A stretch of DNA of 64,000 nt from an uncultured Gemmatimonadales bacterium (GCA_963828735.1 CAWHFW010000005.1:736001-800000), one strand, 5' to 3'; counted from the first letter of the stretch, positions 10,194 to 19,894 are shown. Program-made: numbers and translations. The notes: generated by a model not told the origin, from the sequence alone.

Positions 10194-10298
10194 TCACAGA
10201 ACACCCACCAGCGTATAAAAGACGATCATCGCCGCACCCATTGCGGCCGCAAGGATCCCCTGCTGGCGGAACGTGAGCGGCGGGGGATCCTGTTTCAT
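10194..10298 (-). CDS. 34-aa single-TM micropeptide, copy 2 (MKQDPPPLTFRQQGILAAAMGAAMIVFYTLVGVL)
   Basis: GGAGG RBS; paralog of 4120-4224. Confidence 0.75.
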   Translation of the reverse strand: MKQDPPPLTFRQQGILAAAMGAAMIVFYTLVGVL

Positions 10299-10369
10299 AA
10301 ATCCTCCAAAGCTAATGTGATGGCTGTGGCGGCTGATCGTGCCGCCACGCGAAAAGGATCCTCGATCCG

Positions 10370-10422
10370 TTAGGCAGCAAGGCGCGTCACCGAGTCGATA
10401 GACCCTCGTAGTGCTTCTTCAT
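10370..10422 (-). pseudogene. Internally deleted copy of the 55-aa small protein
   Basis: MKKHYEGL joined out of frame to DSVTRLAA-stop; about 115 bp missing relative to 4234-4401. Confidence 0.75.
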
Positions 10423-10502
10423 CGTCGTTCTCCTGGTTGGCCTGTTTCCTTTATGTTTCTCTGACTTCCCTCACCATCTGGACTCCGGGCGCTTACCCAT
10501 CA

Positions 10503-11471
10503 TCAGCAAACCTTCTGCAGAACCTGTGGCTGGTGGTCAATGTCGGCCGGAAGCAGCTCCAGGACGCCCTCAGGCACGGGCTGTCTCTCGTCGCTTTCCC
10601 CGCGACCGAGGCCGACTGCGGTTCTCCACGCGCCCGGGGTCAGGCCGTACACCCCCTTGAACTTGCGGCTCAGATGGCTTTGGTCGGCGAAGCCACACTC
10701 GTTCGCCACCGTTGCTACCGATAGACCACAGGAGAGCAGCTCGACTGCACGGGCGAGCCGCAGCCGCAGGTGATACGCGTGCGGTGGCAAGCCGAATTCG
10801 AGGTGAAACGCTCGAATAAAATGCGACTCCGTGAGGCCGATCATCTCGGCCAAAGCCGCCGTCGGGATCAGCTCGGCAAGGTGGGCATGGAGGTGCCGGC
10901 GCACGGGAGCGAGCGACCTGCCGCAGGAACGGGCATGTCCCAGCGGCGCGCTGCGTGCGAACAGGCCTTCGAGTAGCGATCGAGGGATGGCTTCGTGGCC
11001 GACCAAGCCCACCGGACGCTGCAACTGGCCAATGAGCGCCGCCAGCTGTGCAACACACTCCTGGTCAGTGACGAGTGCCGGCCGGTCAGGAACAGCAAGT
11101 CCCTCCAGGTCAGCCGCTTCGAGAAGCAAGGTCACCGGCCCCCGGTCGGGGTCGCCCTGGGCCCGCAACGCGCAGAGCTGTAATCGAGGTAGGAGCAGGA
11201 TTTGGTTCCGGTCCGCGGCGAAGCCCCTGCTCGATTCCACCGTGACGAAGGCGGGTGAGCGAAGGAGCTCGATTGCGAATCGGCTGTGGATCCGCGGTGC
11301 GACATCCCCCGGGGCGTCCTCCAGGCAAAGGAGATGGGCGACCTGCTCGGGGAACGGGCGCCACACCCGAGACCGCTCAGCCACCCGTAGCGCATCCGGT
11401 GCGAGGCTCGAGCACGCGTGGTCTATCCGCATGGTGGTCTGCATCGTGATCTGCTCGGACACTCGCGCCAT
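10503..11471 (-). CDS. AraC-family transcriptional regulator
   Basis: GLTESHFIRAFHLEFGLPPHAY and CGFADQSHLSRKFKGVYGLTPG; GGAGG RBS before ATG 11471; C-terminal extension may be non-native. Confidence 0.9.
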   Translation of the reverse strand: MARVSEQITMQTTMRIDHACSSLAPDALRVAERSRVWRPFPEQVAHLLCLEDAPGDVAPRIHSRFAIELLRSPAFVTVESSRGFAADRNQILLLPRLQLCALRAQGDPDRGPVTLLLEAADLEGLAVPDRPALVTDQECVAQLAALIGQLQRPVGLVGHEAIPRSLLEGLFARSAPLGHARSCGRSLAPVRRHLHAHLAELIPTAALAEMIGLTESHFIRAFHLEFGLPPHAYHLRLRLARAVELLSCGLSVATVANECGFADQSHLSRKFKGVYGLTPGAWRTAVGLGRGESDERQPVPEGVLELLPADIDHQPQVLQKVC

Positions 11472-11516
11472 CACATCCTCCAATGGGCTTGATGAGCAAC
11501 AGCAGCGGGCGAGGTC

Positions 11517-11702
11517 TCAGGCTGCCGGCCTGACGTCCCCGTAGCCGAACTCGCTCACGTACTTCCGGAGCTGGAGAGCGGATTTCTTGAATCCCGCCAG
11601 CTCGGCGAAAGCTTCCCGCTCGAACTCCTGCCGGGTGTATTCGTCGATCGCCTCGCGCTCCGCTTCGGGAGCATCGTTCCATCCGTTGTAATCGGCCGTC
11701 AT
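11517..11702 (-). CDS. 61-aa acidic small hypothetical protein (MTADYNGWNDAPEAERE...)
   Basis: Purine-rich RBS; first gene after regulatory module copy 2; protein-like composition. Confidence 0.6.
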   Translation of the reverse strand: MTADYNGWNDAPEAEREAIDEYTRQEFEREAFAELAGFKKSALQLRKYVSEFGYGDVRPAA

Positions 11703-11720
11703 GGGGACTTCCCTCACGCT

Positions 11721-11930
11721 GTCGTGACGGCGCATAGAATGCGACAGCGCGCGAGACGCCACAATGCGGCAAACGGCTAGAAGTCGGTACGACTTTTTTT
11801 GGCAGTGGCTACGACTTTTGGCGGCGAGACAACCGGCAAAACGTCATGGAGTGCTTGATGGGGGCAAGGCAGCGGCCGTTATCGTGAGGAGGCGCCCACA
11901 GATCGGGGTATAGAACGAAAGTTGTAGGCT
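11721..11930. promoter_or_regulatory. Conserved regulatory module, copy 2
   Basis: GTACGACTTT at 11787, CTACGACTTT at 11809 (22-bp spacing), inverted AAAGTTGTAG at 11918. Confidence 0.65.
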
Positions 11931-11931
11931 C

Positions 11932-12040
11932 ATGCCGAAGGTGGAGGGAACCAAGGTCGCCGAGCGGATCCGGCGGAACTTTCCCGAGGCGGTGCTGGTG
12001 GTCTTGACCACGTTCGACACCGACGACGACATCGATCGCG
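11932..12040 (+). pseudogene. Internal fragment of the NarL-type response regulator
   Basis: MPKVEGTKVAERIRRNFPEAVLVVLTTFDTDDDIDR is nearly identical to the matching segment of 12589-13218. Confidence 0.85.
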
Positions 12041-12092
12041 GGAGCGCGGGGCGGTCAGATCGTGACACTGACCGCGCCCCAGAGGCGCCCCG

Positions 12093-12275
12093 TCACTCCT
12101 CCGCCGGGCTCCAGCTCGCGATCACCTCGGTGCTTGCCTCAGGCCCGGTGAGGAAGGTACGCGCGACGCCGGCGCGAGTTGCTCGCTCCAGGCGTCTCAG
12201 GATTTGGAGCTGCGCCAGGATAATAGACTGTTCCAGGTTTGCGGCCGCCGGTAGACCCTCGTAATGCTTTTCCAT
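12093..12275 (-). CDS. Chimeric small ORF: small-protein N-half fused to histidine-kinase tail
   Basis: MEKHYEGLPAAANLEQSIILAQLQILRRLE plus RATRAGVARTFLTGPEASTEVIASWSP; GGAGG RBS. Confidence 0.65.
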   Translation of the reverse strand: MEKHYEGLPAAANLEQSIILAQLQILRRLERATRAGVARTFLTGPEASTEVIASWSPAEE

Positions 12276-12369
12276 CTTGACCCTCCTGGCCGGCATGGCC
12301 GGCCTTCATTGTTTATATCCCGAGTTCCCGTCACCGTCTGGAGTCAGCTGCCGTTACTCGAGTACAAGG

Positions 12370-12510
12370 TGCGACGGACCGCGAGGCGAGACAATTCAGC
12401 AAACGGCTACAAGTGGCTATGACTTTCGTCGGCGCATCCCTCGGCAAAAGGTCAACCCGGAGGTGCATAGTGCGAAAGTCGTAGGCGCGACCTGTCCTTC
12501 GGCTGATGGA
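12370..12510. promoter_or_regulatory. Conserved regulatory module, copy 3, in a divergent intergenic region upstream of the response regulator
   Basis: CAGCAAACGGCTA, CTATGACTTT at 12417, inverted AAAGTCGTAG at 12475. Confidence 0.6.
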
Positions 12511-12588
12511 CTGGGCTCCCAGACGGCGATAGGTTGGCTCTAGGCCCCGCGTGTCTTGCGGCCGGCGAGAAAGTCCTGAGGTGAGATC

Positions 12589-13218
12589 TTGGCGAGCGTA
12601 CCCATTCGAGTCCTCCTGGCCGACGACCACGCCATCATCCGAAACGGCGTAGCCCTGATCCTGGACGAGCAGCCCGACATTGAGGTCGTCGCCCAGGCAG
12701 AGGACGGTGAATCGGCCATCGTGCTGTATCGGCAGGAACGCCCTAACGTGGCACTGCTGGATCTCCGGATGCCGAAGGTGGAGGGGACCCAGGTCGTCGA
12801 GCGGATCCGGCGGGAGTTTCCCGAGGCGGTGCTGGTAGTCCTGACCACGTTCGACACCGACGACGACATCGATCGCGCGCTGCTCGCGGGAGCTAAGGGT
12901 TACTTGCTGAAGGATGTGACCCCGGGAGATCTAGTAGCCTGCGTGCGTACGGTGCACGGCGGCGGCACCTGGGTCTCACCCACTGTCGCGTCGAAGCTGG
13001 TGGCGCGGATGACCCGGGTGCAGATCACGCCGCAGGAAATGCGCGTGCTTCGCCAGGTGGCCGAAGGAATGTCCAACCGGGAGGTCGGCGAGACCCTGTT
13101 CATCAGCGAGGCCACCGTCAAGATCCATCTCAGCCATCTCTTTGAGAAGCTCGGTGCGAGCAGTCGGACCGATGCGGTCGCCAAGGCGGTGGAGCGGGGC
13201 CTGATCCGCATGGGGTGA
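12589..13218 (+). CDS. NarL/FixJ-family DNA-binding response regulator
   Basis: REC (LLADDH, LLDLRMP, YLLK) plus LuxR HTH; TTG start after GAGGTG. Confidence 0.95.
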   Translation: MASVPIRVLLADDHAIIRNGVALILDEQPDIEVVAQAEDGESAIVLYRQERPNVALLDLRMPKVEGTQVVERIRREFPEAVLVVLTTFDTDDDIDRALLAGAKGYLLKDVTPGDLVACVRTVHGGGTWVSPTVASKLVARMTRVQITPQEMRVLRQVAEGMSNREVGETLFISEATVKIHLSHLFEKLGASSRTDAVAKAVERGLIRMG

Positions 13219-13267
13219 CATCGGTCGCTGACCGCTCGACACGCCCGCGTCCGGGGAGCATTAAGGA

Positions 13268-14524
13268 GTGCCAGTCCATACTGATCCAGCAGCGCCTCCG
13301 GTGAAGAGCATCAAAGGGGTTGCGCCGTGGTTCACGTTCGGCGGCGGCCAGCAGCGTGCGCGGACGGAGCGCGACGGGGCCGCCCACAGGGTGTGGTACC
13401 GCGCCGTCCGCTACCTCCTCTCCGCCCTGTGCGTCGCCGCGGCGCTCGCCGTCAGGTTGATCCTTCAGCGCCTCGGTGTCGTCGGTGCCAGCGAGATGAG
13501 GATGACGCTTTTCCTCTATGCGATCGCGGTGAGCGGCTGGTATTTGGGCACCGGGCCCGGAATCGTTGCAGCCATACTCTCCGCTCTTGCGTACGACTAC
13601 TTCTTGGGCGATTCCCATCATTCCTTGCGCATCACGTCGGCCCAGGCCCCGTTCTACGTCGCGTTCGTGCTCTTCGCCGTCATCATCACACGGTTTACCG
13701 CCGTCCGGCGCCGCGTCGAGACAGAGCTCCTCCAATCGCGCGACGGGCTCCAGAAGGAGGTAATCGAGCGGCGGATGCGCGAGGACCAGATCCGTGAGCT
13801 CAACGGTCAGCTCGAGAAGAGAAGCGCCGAGCTGGAGGCGAGCAACAAGGAGCTGGAGGCCTTCGCCTACTCGATCTCGCACGACCTGCGGGCGCCGCTG
13901 CGCCACATGGTGGGTTTCTCAGAGCTGCTGCAGCAGCAGAAAATCACGGCTCTGGACGAGAAGAGCCGGTGGTACACGACGACCATCCTCGATGCCGCTA
14001 AGCGGATGGGCGCGCTCATCGACGACCTTCTCGCCTTCTCTCGGATCAGCCGTGCGGAGACGCGCGCGTCGACCATCAGCCTCCGGGACGTGGTGAACCA
14101 GGTGGTGGAGGAGATGCGCCCCGACATGGCCGGACGGACCGTCTCATGGCGCATCGGTGACCTGCCGGACCTGTACTGCGACCGCTCGATGCTGAGGATG
14201 GTGTTCGTGAACCTGCTCGCCAACGCGATCAAGTTCACCCGTCCGCGCGAGCTGGCCGAGGTCGAGATCGGGTCGCTCGAGGATGCTCGCGGTGTGGTGG
14301 TGTTCGTGCGGGACAACGGGGTGGGCTTTGATATGAAGTACTCGAACAAGCTGTTCCACGTCTTCCAGCGTCTTCACCGGAGCGAGGAGTTCGAGGGCAC
14401 CGGCATCGGCCTCGCGACGGTGCAGCGGATCATCCAGCGTCACGGCGGATCCGTCTGGGCGGAGGGCTCGGTGACCGGCGGCGCTACGTTCTTTCTCGCT
14501 TTTCCCCCGGCGCTGAGGCGCTGA
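13268..14524 (+). CDS. Membrane sensor histidine kinase (DUF4118/KdpD-like TM region, Cph1-type HisKA)
   Basis: Four TM helices; ELEAFAYSISHDLRAPLRH; NLLANAIKF; DNGVGF; FEGTGIGLA. Confidence 0.92.
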   Translation: MPVHTDPAAPPVKSIKGVAPWFTFGGGQQRARTERDGAAHRVWYRAVRYLLSALCVAAALAVRLILQRLGVVGASEMRMTLFLYAIAVSGWYLGTGPGIVAAILSALAYDYFLGDSHHSLRITSAQAPFYVAFVLFAVIITRFTAVRRRVETELLQSRDGLQKEVIERRMREDQIRELNGQLEKRSAELEASNKELEAFAYSISHDLRAPLRHMVGFSELLQQQKITALDEKSRWYTTTILDAAKRMGALIDDLLAFSRISRAETRASTISLRDVVNQVVEEMRPDMAGRTVSWRIGDLPDLYCDRSMLRMVFVNLLANAIKFTRPRELAEVEIGSLEDARGVVVFVRDNGVGFDMKYSNKLFHVFQRLHRSEEFEGTGIGLATVQRIIQRHGGSVWAEGSVTGGATFFLAFPPALRR

Positions 14525-14556
14525 TCCCGCAGCGCACGAGAACAGGAGAAGTCTGA

Positions 14557-15009
14557 ATGGACGGACTGCGGCGGATTCTGATGGTTGAGGACGATCCGAG
14601 AGACGTGGAGTTGACCTTGACGGCGCTGGAGCAGTACAACCTGGCGAACGAGGTCGTGGTCGCGGGTGACGGGGAAGAGGCGCTCGACTACCTCTATCAG
14701 CGCGGCAAGTTCAAGGCGCGCGCGAATGGGAACCCCGCCGTCCTGCTGCTGGACCTCAAGCTGCCCAAGGTCGACGGGCTCGAGGTCCTGCAGCAGATCA
14801 AGACGGATGAGCGATTGAAAATGATCCCCGTAGTGGTGCTCACCTCCTCGCGCGAGGAGCGCGACATGGTAACGAGCTACAAGCTCGGCGTGAATGCGTA
14901 CGTGGTCAAACCCGTTGATTTCCACGAGTTCGTGAACGCGGTCAAGGAGCTGGGGATCTTCTGGGCCCTCATCAACGAGCCGCCGCCGGGCAGCATCAAT
15001 CGGGCGTGA
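14557..15009 (+). CDS. Single-domain response regulator (Rcp1-like)
   Basis: [38 protein letters not shown]. Confidence 0.95.
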   Translation: MDGLRRILMVEDDPRDVELTLTALEQYNLANEVVVAGDGEEALDYLYQRGKFKARANGNPAVLLLDLKLPKVDGLEVLQQIKTDERLKMIPVVVLTSSREERDMVTSYKLGVNAYVVKPVDFHEFVNAVKELGIFWALINEPPPGSINRA

Positions 15010-17565
15010 TCATGGATTGTCCTCTGCGCATCCTTCATCTCGAAGACAGTATCACCGACTCCGCCCTCACCGTCGAGATGCTGGAGGCAGGTGGCTTCAG
15101 CTGCCGAGTGACCCGGGTCGACACTCAGTCGGGATTCGCCGCCTTGCTCGAGGAGGGGAGCTGGGACCTCATCCTGGCCGACTACACCCTGCCCTCGTTC
15201 GATGGCCTGTCGGCTCTGCAGCTCGCGAGGGCGCGGCACCCCGAGGTGCCGTTCATCTTCGTCTCCGGGACGCTGGACGAGGAAGTTGCGATCGAGTCGC
15301 TGAAGGTCGGCGCGACCGACTACATCTTCAAAACGAAGATGTCGCGAATCGCCCCCTCCGTGCGTCGGGCACTTCGGGAGGCTGAAGACCGGGCGCGTCG
15401 CGCCGAGGCGGAGAAAGCCCTGAGGCGGAGCGAGTCGTACCTCGTCGAGGCGCAGAGGCTCAGCCATACCGGGAGCTTTGGCTGGAACCCGGTCAGCGGA
15501 ACGATCTACTGGTCGGAGGAGACGCATCGCATCTTCGGCATCGAACCCGGAACGCCACCGACACTTGAGCTGGTAGTCCAGCGCACACATCACGATGACA
15601 GGGAGGCCGTTCAGGCGACGATCGAGCGCGCGCAGAGAGACGGGCTGGACTTCGAACACAAGTACCGCCTGCTCATGCCCAACGGCTCCGTGAAGCATCT
15701 CCATGTCGTCGCCCACGCCGTCTCGGATGACGGAGGCCGCCGCGAGTTCGTCGGAGCGGTCATGGACGTCACGGAGCGCCAGCGCGCCGAAGAAGAGCTC
15801 CGCGAGAGCGAGACCCGTTTCCGCACCTTCGTGGACCACGCGACGGACGCGTTCTTTCTGCATGACGACCAGCTGCTCGTGATCGACGTGAACCGCCAGG
15901 CCTGCGTCGGCCTCGGCTATTCCCGCGACGAGTTGATCGGCATGTATCCCCTGGATTTCGACGTTGGTCTGGACGAGGCGATGGTCGGGCAGCTGGCGGA
16001 TCGATTCGCCTCTGGCGAAAACGTCACCTTCGAGAGTCTCCACCGCCGGAAAGATGGGACTGTGTTTCCGGTCGAGGTCCGCATCGGCCGGTTCCAGCGG
16101 GGGGGTCGGCTCTACGGCCTCTCGCTGGTGCGCGACATCACCGAGCGCAAGCGGACAGAGGCCGAGTTGTCGGAGATGAGAGAGCGGTACCGCGTTCTTA
16201 CTGAATCCTCACTTACTGGTATCTATCTCACCGAAGGGACCCGCTTCGTCTACGTGAACCCCGCGATGGCGAAGATGTTCGGCTATACCGTGGAGGAGCT
16301 GCTGGGCGGAGGGAGTGGCTCGCTCGATCTGACGTGCCCCGAAGACCGCCACCTGGTGGCGGAAAACATGCGACGTCGGCTCGATGCCGAGGTGGACGAG
16401 CTTCGCTACGAGTTTCGAGGACTGCGGAAGGACGGCTCCGTGTTCCCGGTCGAAGTGCATGGTCGGCGGGTCGAGCTGGGCGGCAAGGTCGGCGTACTGG
16501 GAACCCTGATCGACAACACCGAGCGCAAACGAGCTGAGGAGGAGCTCCGCGAAGCCGACATCCGCTTCCGTGCCTTCATCGACCACGTCAGCGACGCCTT
16601 CACCGTGCACGACGAATCCGGCACTATCGTCGACGCCAACCGGCAGGCCGGCGAGAATCTGGGCTACACCCGCGAGGAGCTGATCGGCATGCATCCCCGC
16701 GGTTTCGATCCCAGCTTCGCCGCGGACGAGGCGCTGATCCGGGACATCAACCAGCGGCTGGCAGCCGGGGAAACCTTCGCGTTCGAGACCATACACCGGC
16801 GCAAGGATGGAACGCTCTTCCCCGCCGAGGTTCGCATGCGCCCCTTCCGGCATGGCGGCCGGGCATTCGGTCTGGTGCTGACCCGAGATATCACGGAACG
16901 TAAGCTAGCAGAGGAGGAGCGCGAGCGGGCGCGCCGGCTGGAACTCGAGCAGCAATCCGCCATCACGGCCGAGCGGACTCGGCTAGCGGGAGAGATCCAC
17001 GACACTCTGGCGCAGGGACTGGCCATGATCGTGATGCAGCTCGCCGATGCGGAAGCCAAGCTGGGACCCGCGTGGGCTCGCGCGGAGAGGCCGCTGGCCT
17101 TGGTCCGGGAGCTGGCAGTGGAGAGCCTGGCCTACGCCCGACGCTCGGTCACCATGTTGCAGCCCAGCGCGCCGGCGGCCGGACTGGCCCGGGCGATCCG
17201 CGACGTGGTCGACAGCGGGCGACGGCACTTCGACGGTACGCCTGAACCTTGCCGTCTCCGGCAATGCGGTGCTGCTTCCCGCGTCAGTGGAATCGGCACT
17301 GGCCGGCATCGCCCAGGAGGCGCTGACCAACGCGACCCGCCACAGCGCGGCGCCGCAGGTCGAGGTGGAGCTCGCCTTTCAAGATGGAGGAGCAGTCCGG
17401 CTCGCGGTGGCGGATAACGGGGTCGGCTTCGACCTCGAGAACGTCCGTTCCGATGGCTATGGGCTGACCAGTATGCAAGACCGCGCGGCCCGGGCCGGCG
17501 TCGCCCTCACCTTCGTGACCGAGCCAGGCGCCGGAACGGAGGTGGTGGCCAGCTGGTCCCCGTGA
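15006..17565 (+). CDS. Hybrid REC-PAS(x4)-HisKA_3-HATPase kinase; frameshift near 17240
   Basis: REC with [14 protein letters not shown] repeats ending [51 protein letters not shown]. Confidence 0.9.
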
Positions 17566-18115
17566 CGGCGGCGGCGCCGACCAGAGCGCCACAAACATTA
17601 CTCACACAGCCCGCAGATAGGAAAAGCCCAACATGACCTAGGTCATTGTCGGGCTTCATTGCCCCTCCTGGGGTCGAATTAGGGCTCTCCTGATCCAGCA
17701 TCAGGAGATTTGCCGGGGGGTGCCTATGTTGCCGTTGAGAATGTCCAAGCCGGCGTCAGTCGGCACTGCCCAAGAGGTCGAACGAAGTACGACTCTCGTA
17801 GACGGCGCGTCTAGCCGAGTAACGCTTCCCGCCTAAATGGCTCAGGAAAATCAGCCGGTCCAGGGATTTTGTGCCGCGAATTTCTCGAGGGGTAACACGG
17901 CTAGGCGATAGGGGCGCTTGGGGGGTCAGGCAGGGTCTCTCACTGGGCTCCCCCTCGGGCTTCTGGCACCTTTGGCACCCCCGGGGTGCCGCTCAGAAAA
18001 CCGCCAGCCAGCGAGAAGACGCCGCGGTGCTCCCAGGTGGAGTCCAATTACAGTCTCGGAGTGCTGGCGGCACCAGAATTAGACCATCAAACTAGACCAC
18101 GAAAAGCTAAGGCTA

Positions 18116-18188
18116 TGAGGGCGGTGGGGCTCGAACCCACGACCTAGGGATTAAAAGTCCCTTGCTCTACCAGCTGAGCTACGCCCCC
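18116..18188 (-). tRNA. tRNA-Lys (anticodon TTT), CCA not encoded
   Basis: GGGGGCGTAGCTCAGCTGGTAGAGCAAGGGACTTTTAATCCCTAGGTCGTGGGTTCGAGCCCCACCGCCCTCA folds into a cloverleaf. Confidence 0.97.
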
Positions 18189-18625
18189 GTGATCGAGGAA
18201 ACCTCTTCGGACTGGAGCGCTTGCACAAGCCAGCCCACTCCCTCGCGCTCCCGCATCCCCGCCACTGGTGGCAAAAATGAGGGCACTTCTGTTCGGGGCT
18301 TATGCGGACAGCGCCGCCCGCCGCCGTTGCCCACCGCCCTGATAGACTTAAGCTCATCTGACGCTTCGCAATTGTACCCAAAATGTAGCGTTCTAAATGG
18401 GAGCGCCCATGGATCTGACGACCCTGGCCTACCGCGCGCCCCGGGTATCGTGTGCAGCTCAGCCAGTGCTGTTGCCGGGCCCCTAAACACATTTTCATCT
18501 GCCGTTCACGCTCGCTTCGGGGCCCGGACGTACTGTTCACGGGTGCACACTGTCCCCGTCGCCTCTGCTGTGAAAGGCGGCGCCATGTTGCGACTTCACG
18601 CTGCCGCCGTCTCTCACCGGAGCGC

Positions 18626-19126
18626 ATGATGCGACACCTCATCGCTGGCACTGTCCTTCTCCTCCTCGGTTGTGACGCGGGATCCGTCGCGGCCCCCGAG
18701 CCCCCGGCCTTTAAGACCGACCGGGTCAGCTCCCTCCAGTACACCATTCCGCTCAACACGGCCGTGTTTGTGCCCTGCGCGAACGACAATCAGGGCGAGA
18801 TGGTGGTGATCGAGGGAACCCAGACCTGGAATTTCTTCGTGAACGCAGGGCCGGACGACACGCTGCAACGGGTGCGCATACGGATGGACGGCGTCGGGAC
18901 CGGCGAAGTGACCGGCGCCACCTGGGACCTGCGCCATATCGAAAAGGACATCTGGCACCGAACCGCCGAGGGCCGTTATAGCGACCACTGGACCGCCCTC
19001 GCATTCCTGCGGGGCGAGGGTAGCGCGCCGGACTTCCATACGCAGTTCATGCAATTCTATCGCGTGGACCAGGCCGGGAACCTGCTCCCGGGGGGGATCC
19101 AGCGCAACGTGGCCACCTGCCGGTGA
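18626..19126 (+). CDS. Putative lipoprotein
   Basis: MMRHLIAGTVLLLLG|C lipobox; beta-rich mature region with a Cys pair. Confidence 0.75.
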   Translation: MMRHLIAGTVLLLLGCDAGSVAAPEPPAFKTDRVSSLQYTIPLNTAVFVPCANDNQGEMVVIEGTQTWNFFVNAGPDDTLQRVRIRMDGVGTGEVTGATWDLRHIEKDIWHRTAEGRYSDHWTALAFLRGEGSAPDFHTQFMQFYRVDQAGNLLPGGIQRNVATCR

Positions 19127-19322
19127 CGACGGTGGCGGCGGGCAGGCGGAGCGTCTCAGCTCATTGCGCCACCGGTTGCACTACAGACCCCACCGCATGC
19201 CGGTAGATCGCGGGCTATCCCGCGAGTACGCCCCTCGGAGAGCCCGCCAGGTCCGAGGGGCAACGTCTGCAGGAACAGACGTGGTCTCTCCGCAGCCGCA
19301 TTCACAGTAGCTCATTGTTCCC

Positions 19323-19610
19323 TCATGCTGGTTTGAGGCCCCGCCGGGCTGCCTCCACTCTCGCCGCCGTCTCCCGGTCCCCCTGCCCCACCATGTGCGC
19401 CGCGATCGCCGCGGCATCTTCGTCCGGATAGGCCTCCGGGACGTGCTTCATGTAACGGAGGGTCATCGTGGCAGTCGCGTGGCCTAGCAGCTTCTGAAGG
19501 CGCACAATCGGGACGCCTGCCATTGCAGCGTGAACGGCGAACGTGTGTCTCGCGTCATGGGGCGTGGCGCCAGCGATCCCGGCGGCCTTGCACGCGCCAT
19601 CCCAAGCGCG
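19323..19610 (-). pseudogene. Tyrosine recombinase/integrase, C-terminal remnant
   Basis: HDARHTFA (HxxR), LQKLLGH and MTLRY catalytic motifs; N-terminal part missing. Confidence 0.88.
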
Positions 19611-19894
19611 CGTGTCGCCCGTGCCAGGGACTCCGCTACTACTCTGAGCGGGAGAGCACGCCGGACCGGCTCGCACGGAAGGCGAAAGAGCTATACCGGC
19701 GGGCGGGGAGCGAGGACGGCAGCGAGCCGTGGATAAAGGCTCCGTGGATGCGATGGAACACCTTTAGTCGGCTCGTGCTAGCCGGCCGTGAGGCGAGCAA
19801 TACCGCGGATGCGATTATGAACTATCGGCTCGGCCAGGCGCTGGAGGCGATCATAGGCGGCCGCGAGCGACGGGCGCGGCGACGTGCGGCGTGA
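19608..19894 (+). pseudogene. C-terminal remnant of a mobile-element Zn-binding hypothetical protein
   Basis: ACRPCQGLRYYSERE...KAPWMRWNTFSRL resembles the CRxC-x-L-x-Y-x-S-x-RE...KP-x-GM-x-W-x-T family common in prophages and islands (recalled, not searched). Confidence 0.5.

Noticed and set aside
4000..17600. Diversity-generating retroelement or shufflon explaining the repeats
   Set aside because: No reverse transcriptase, differences are not adenine-specific, and there is no intact recombinase or consistent short crossover site
17507..17660. Small ORF MKPDNDLGHVGLFL... with a good RBS
   Set aside because: It runs into the convergent kinase 3' end with no recognisable domain; possibly a truncated gene, but not supportable
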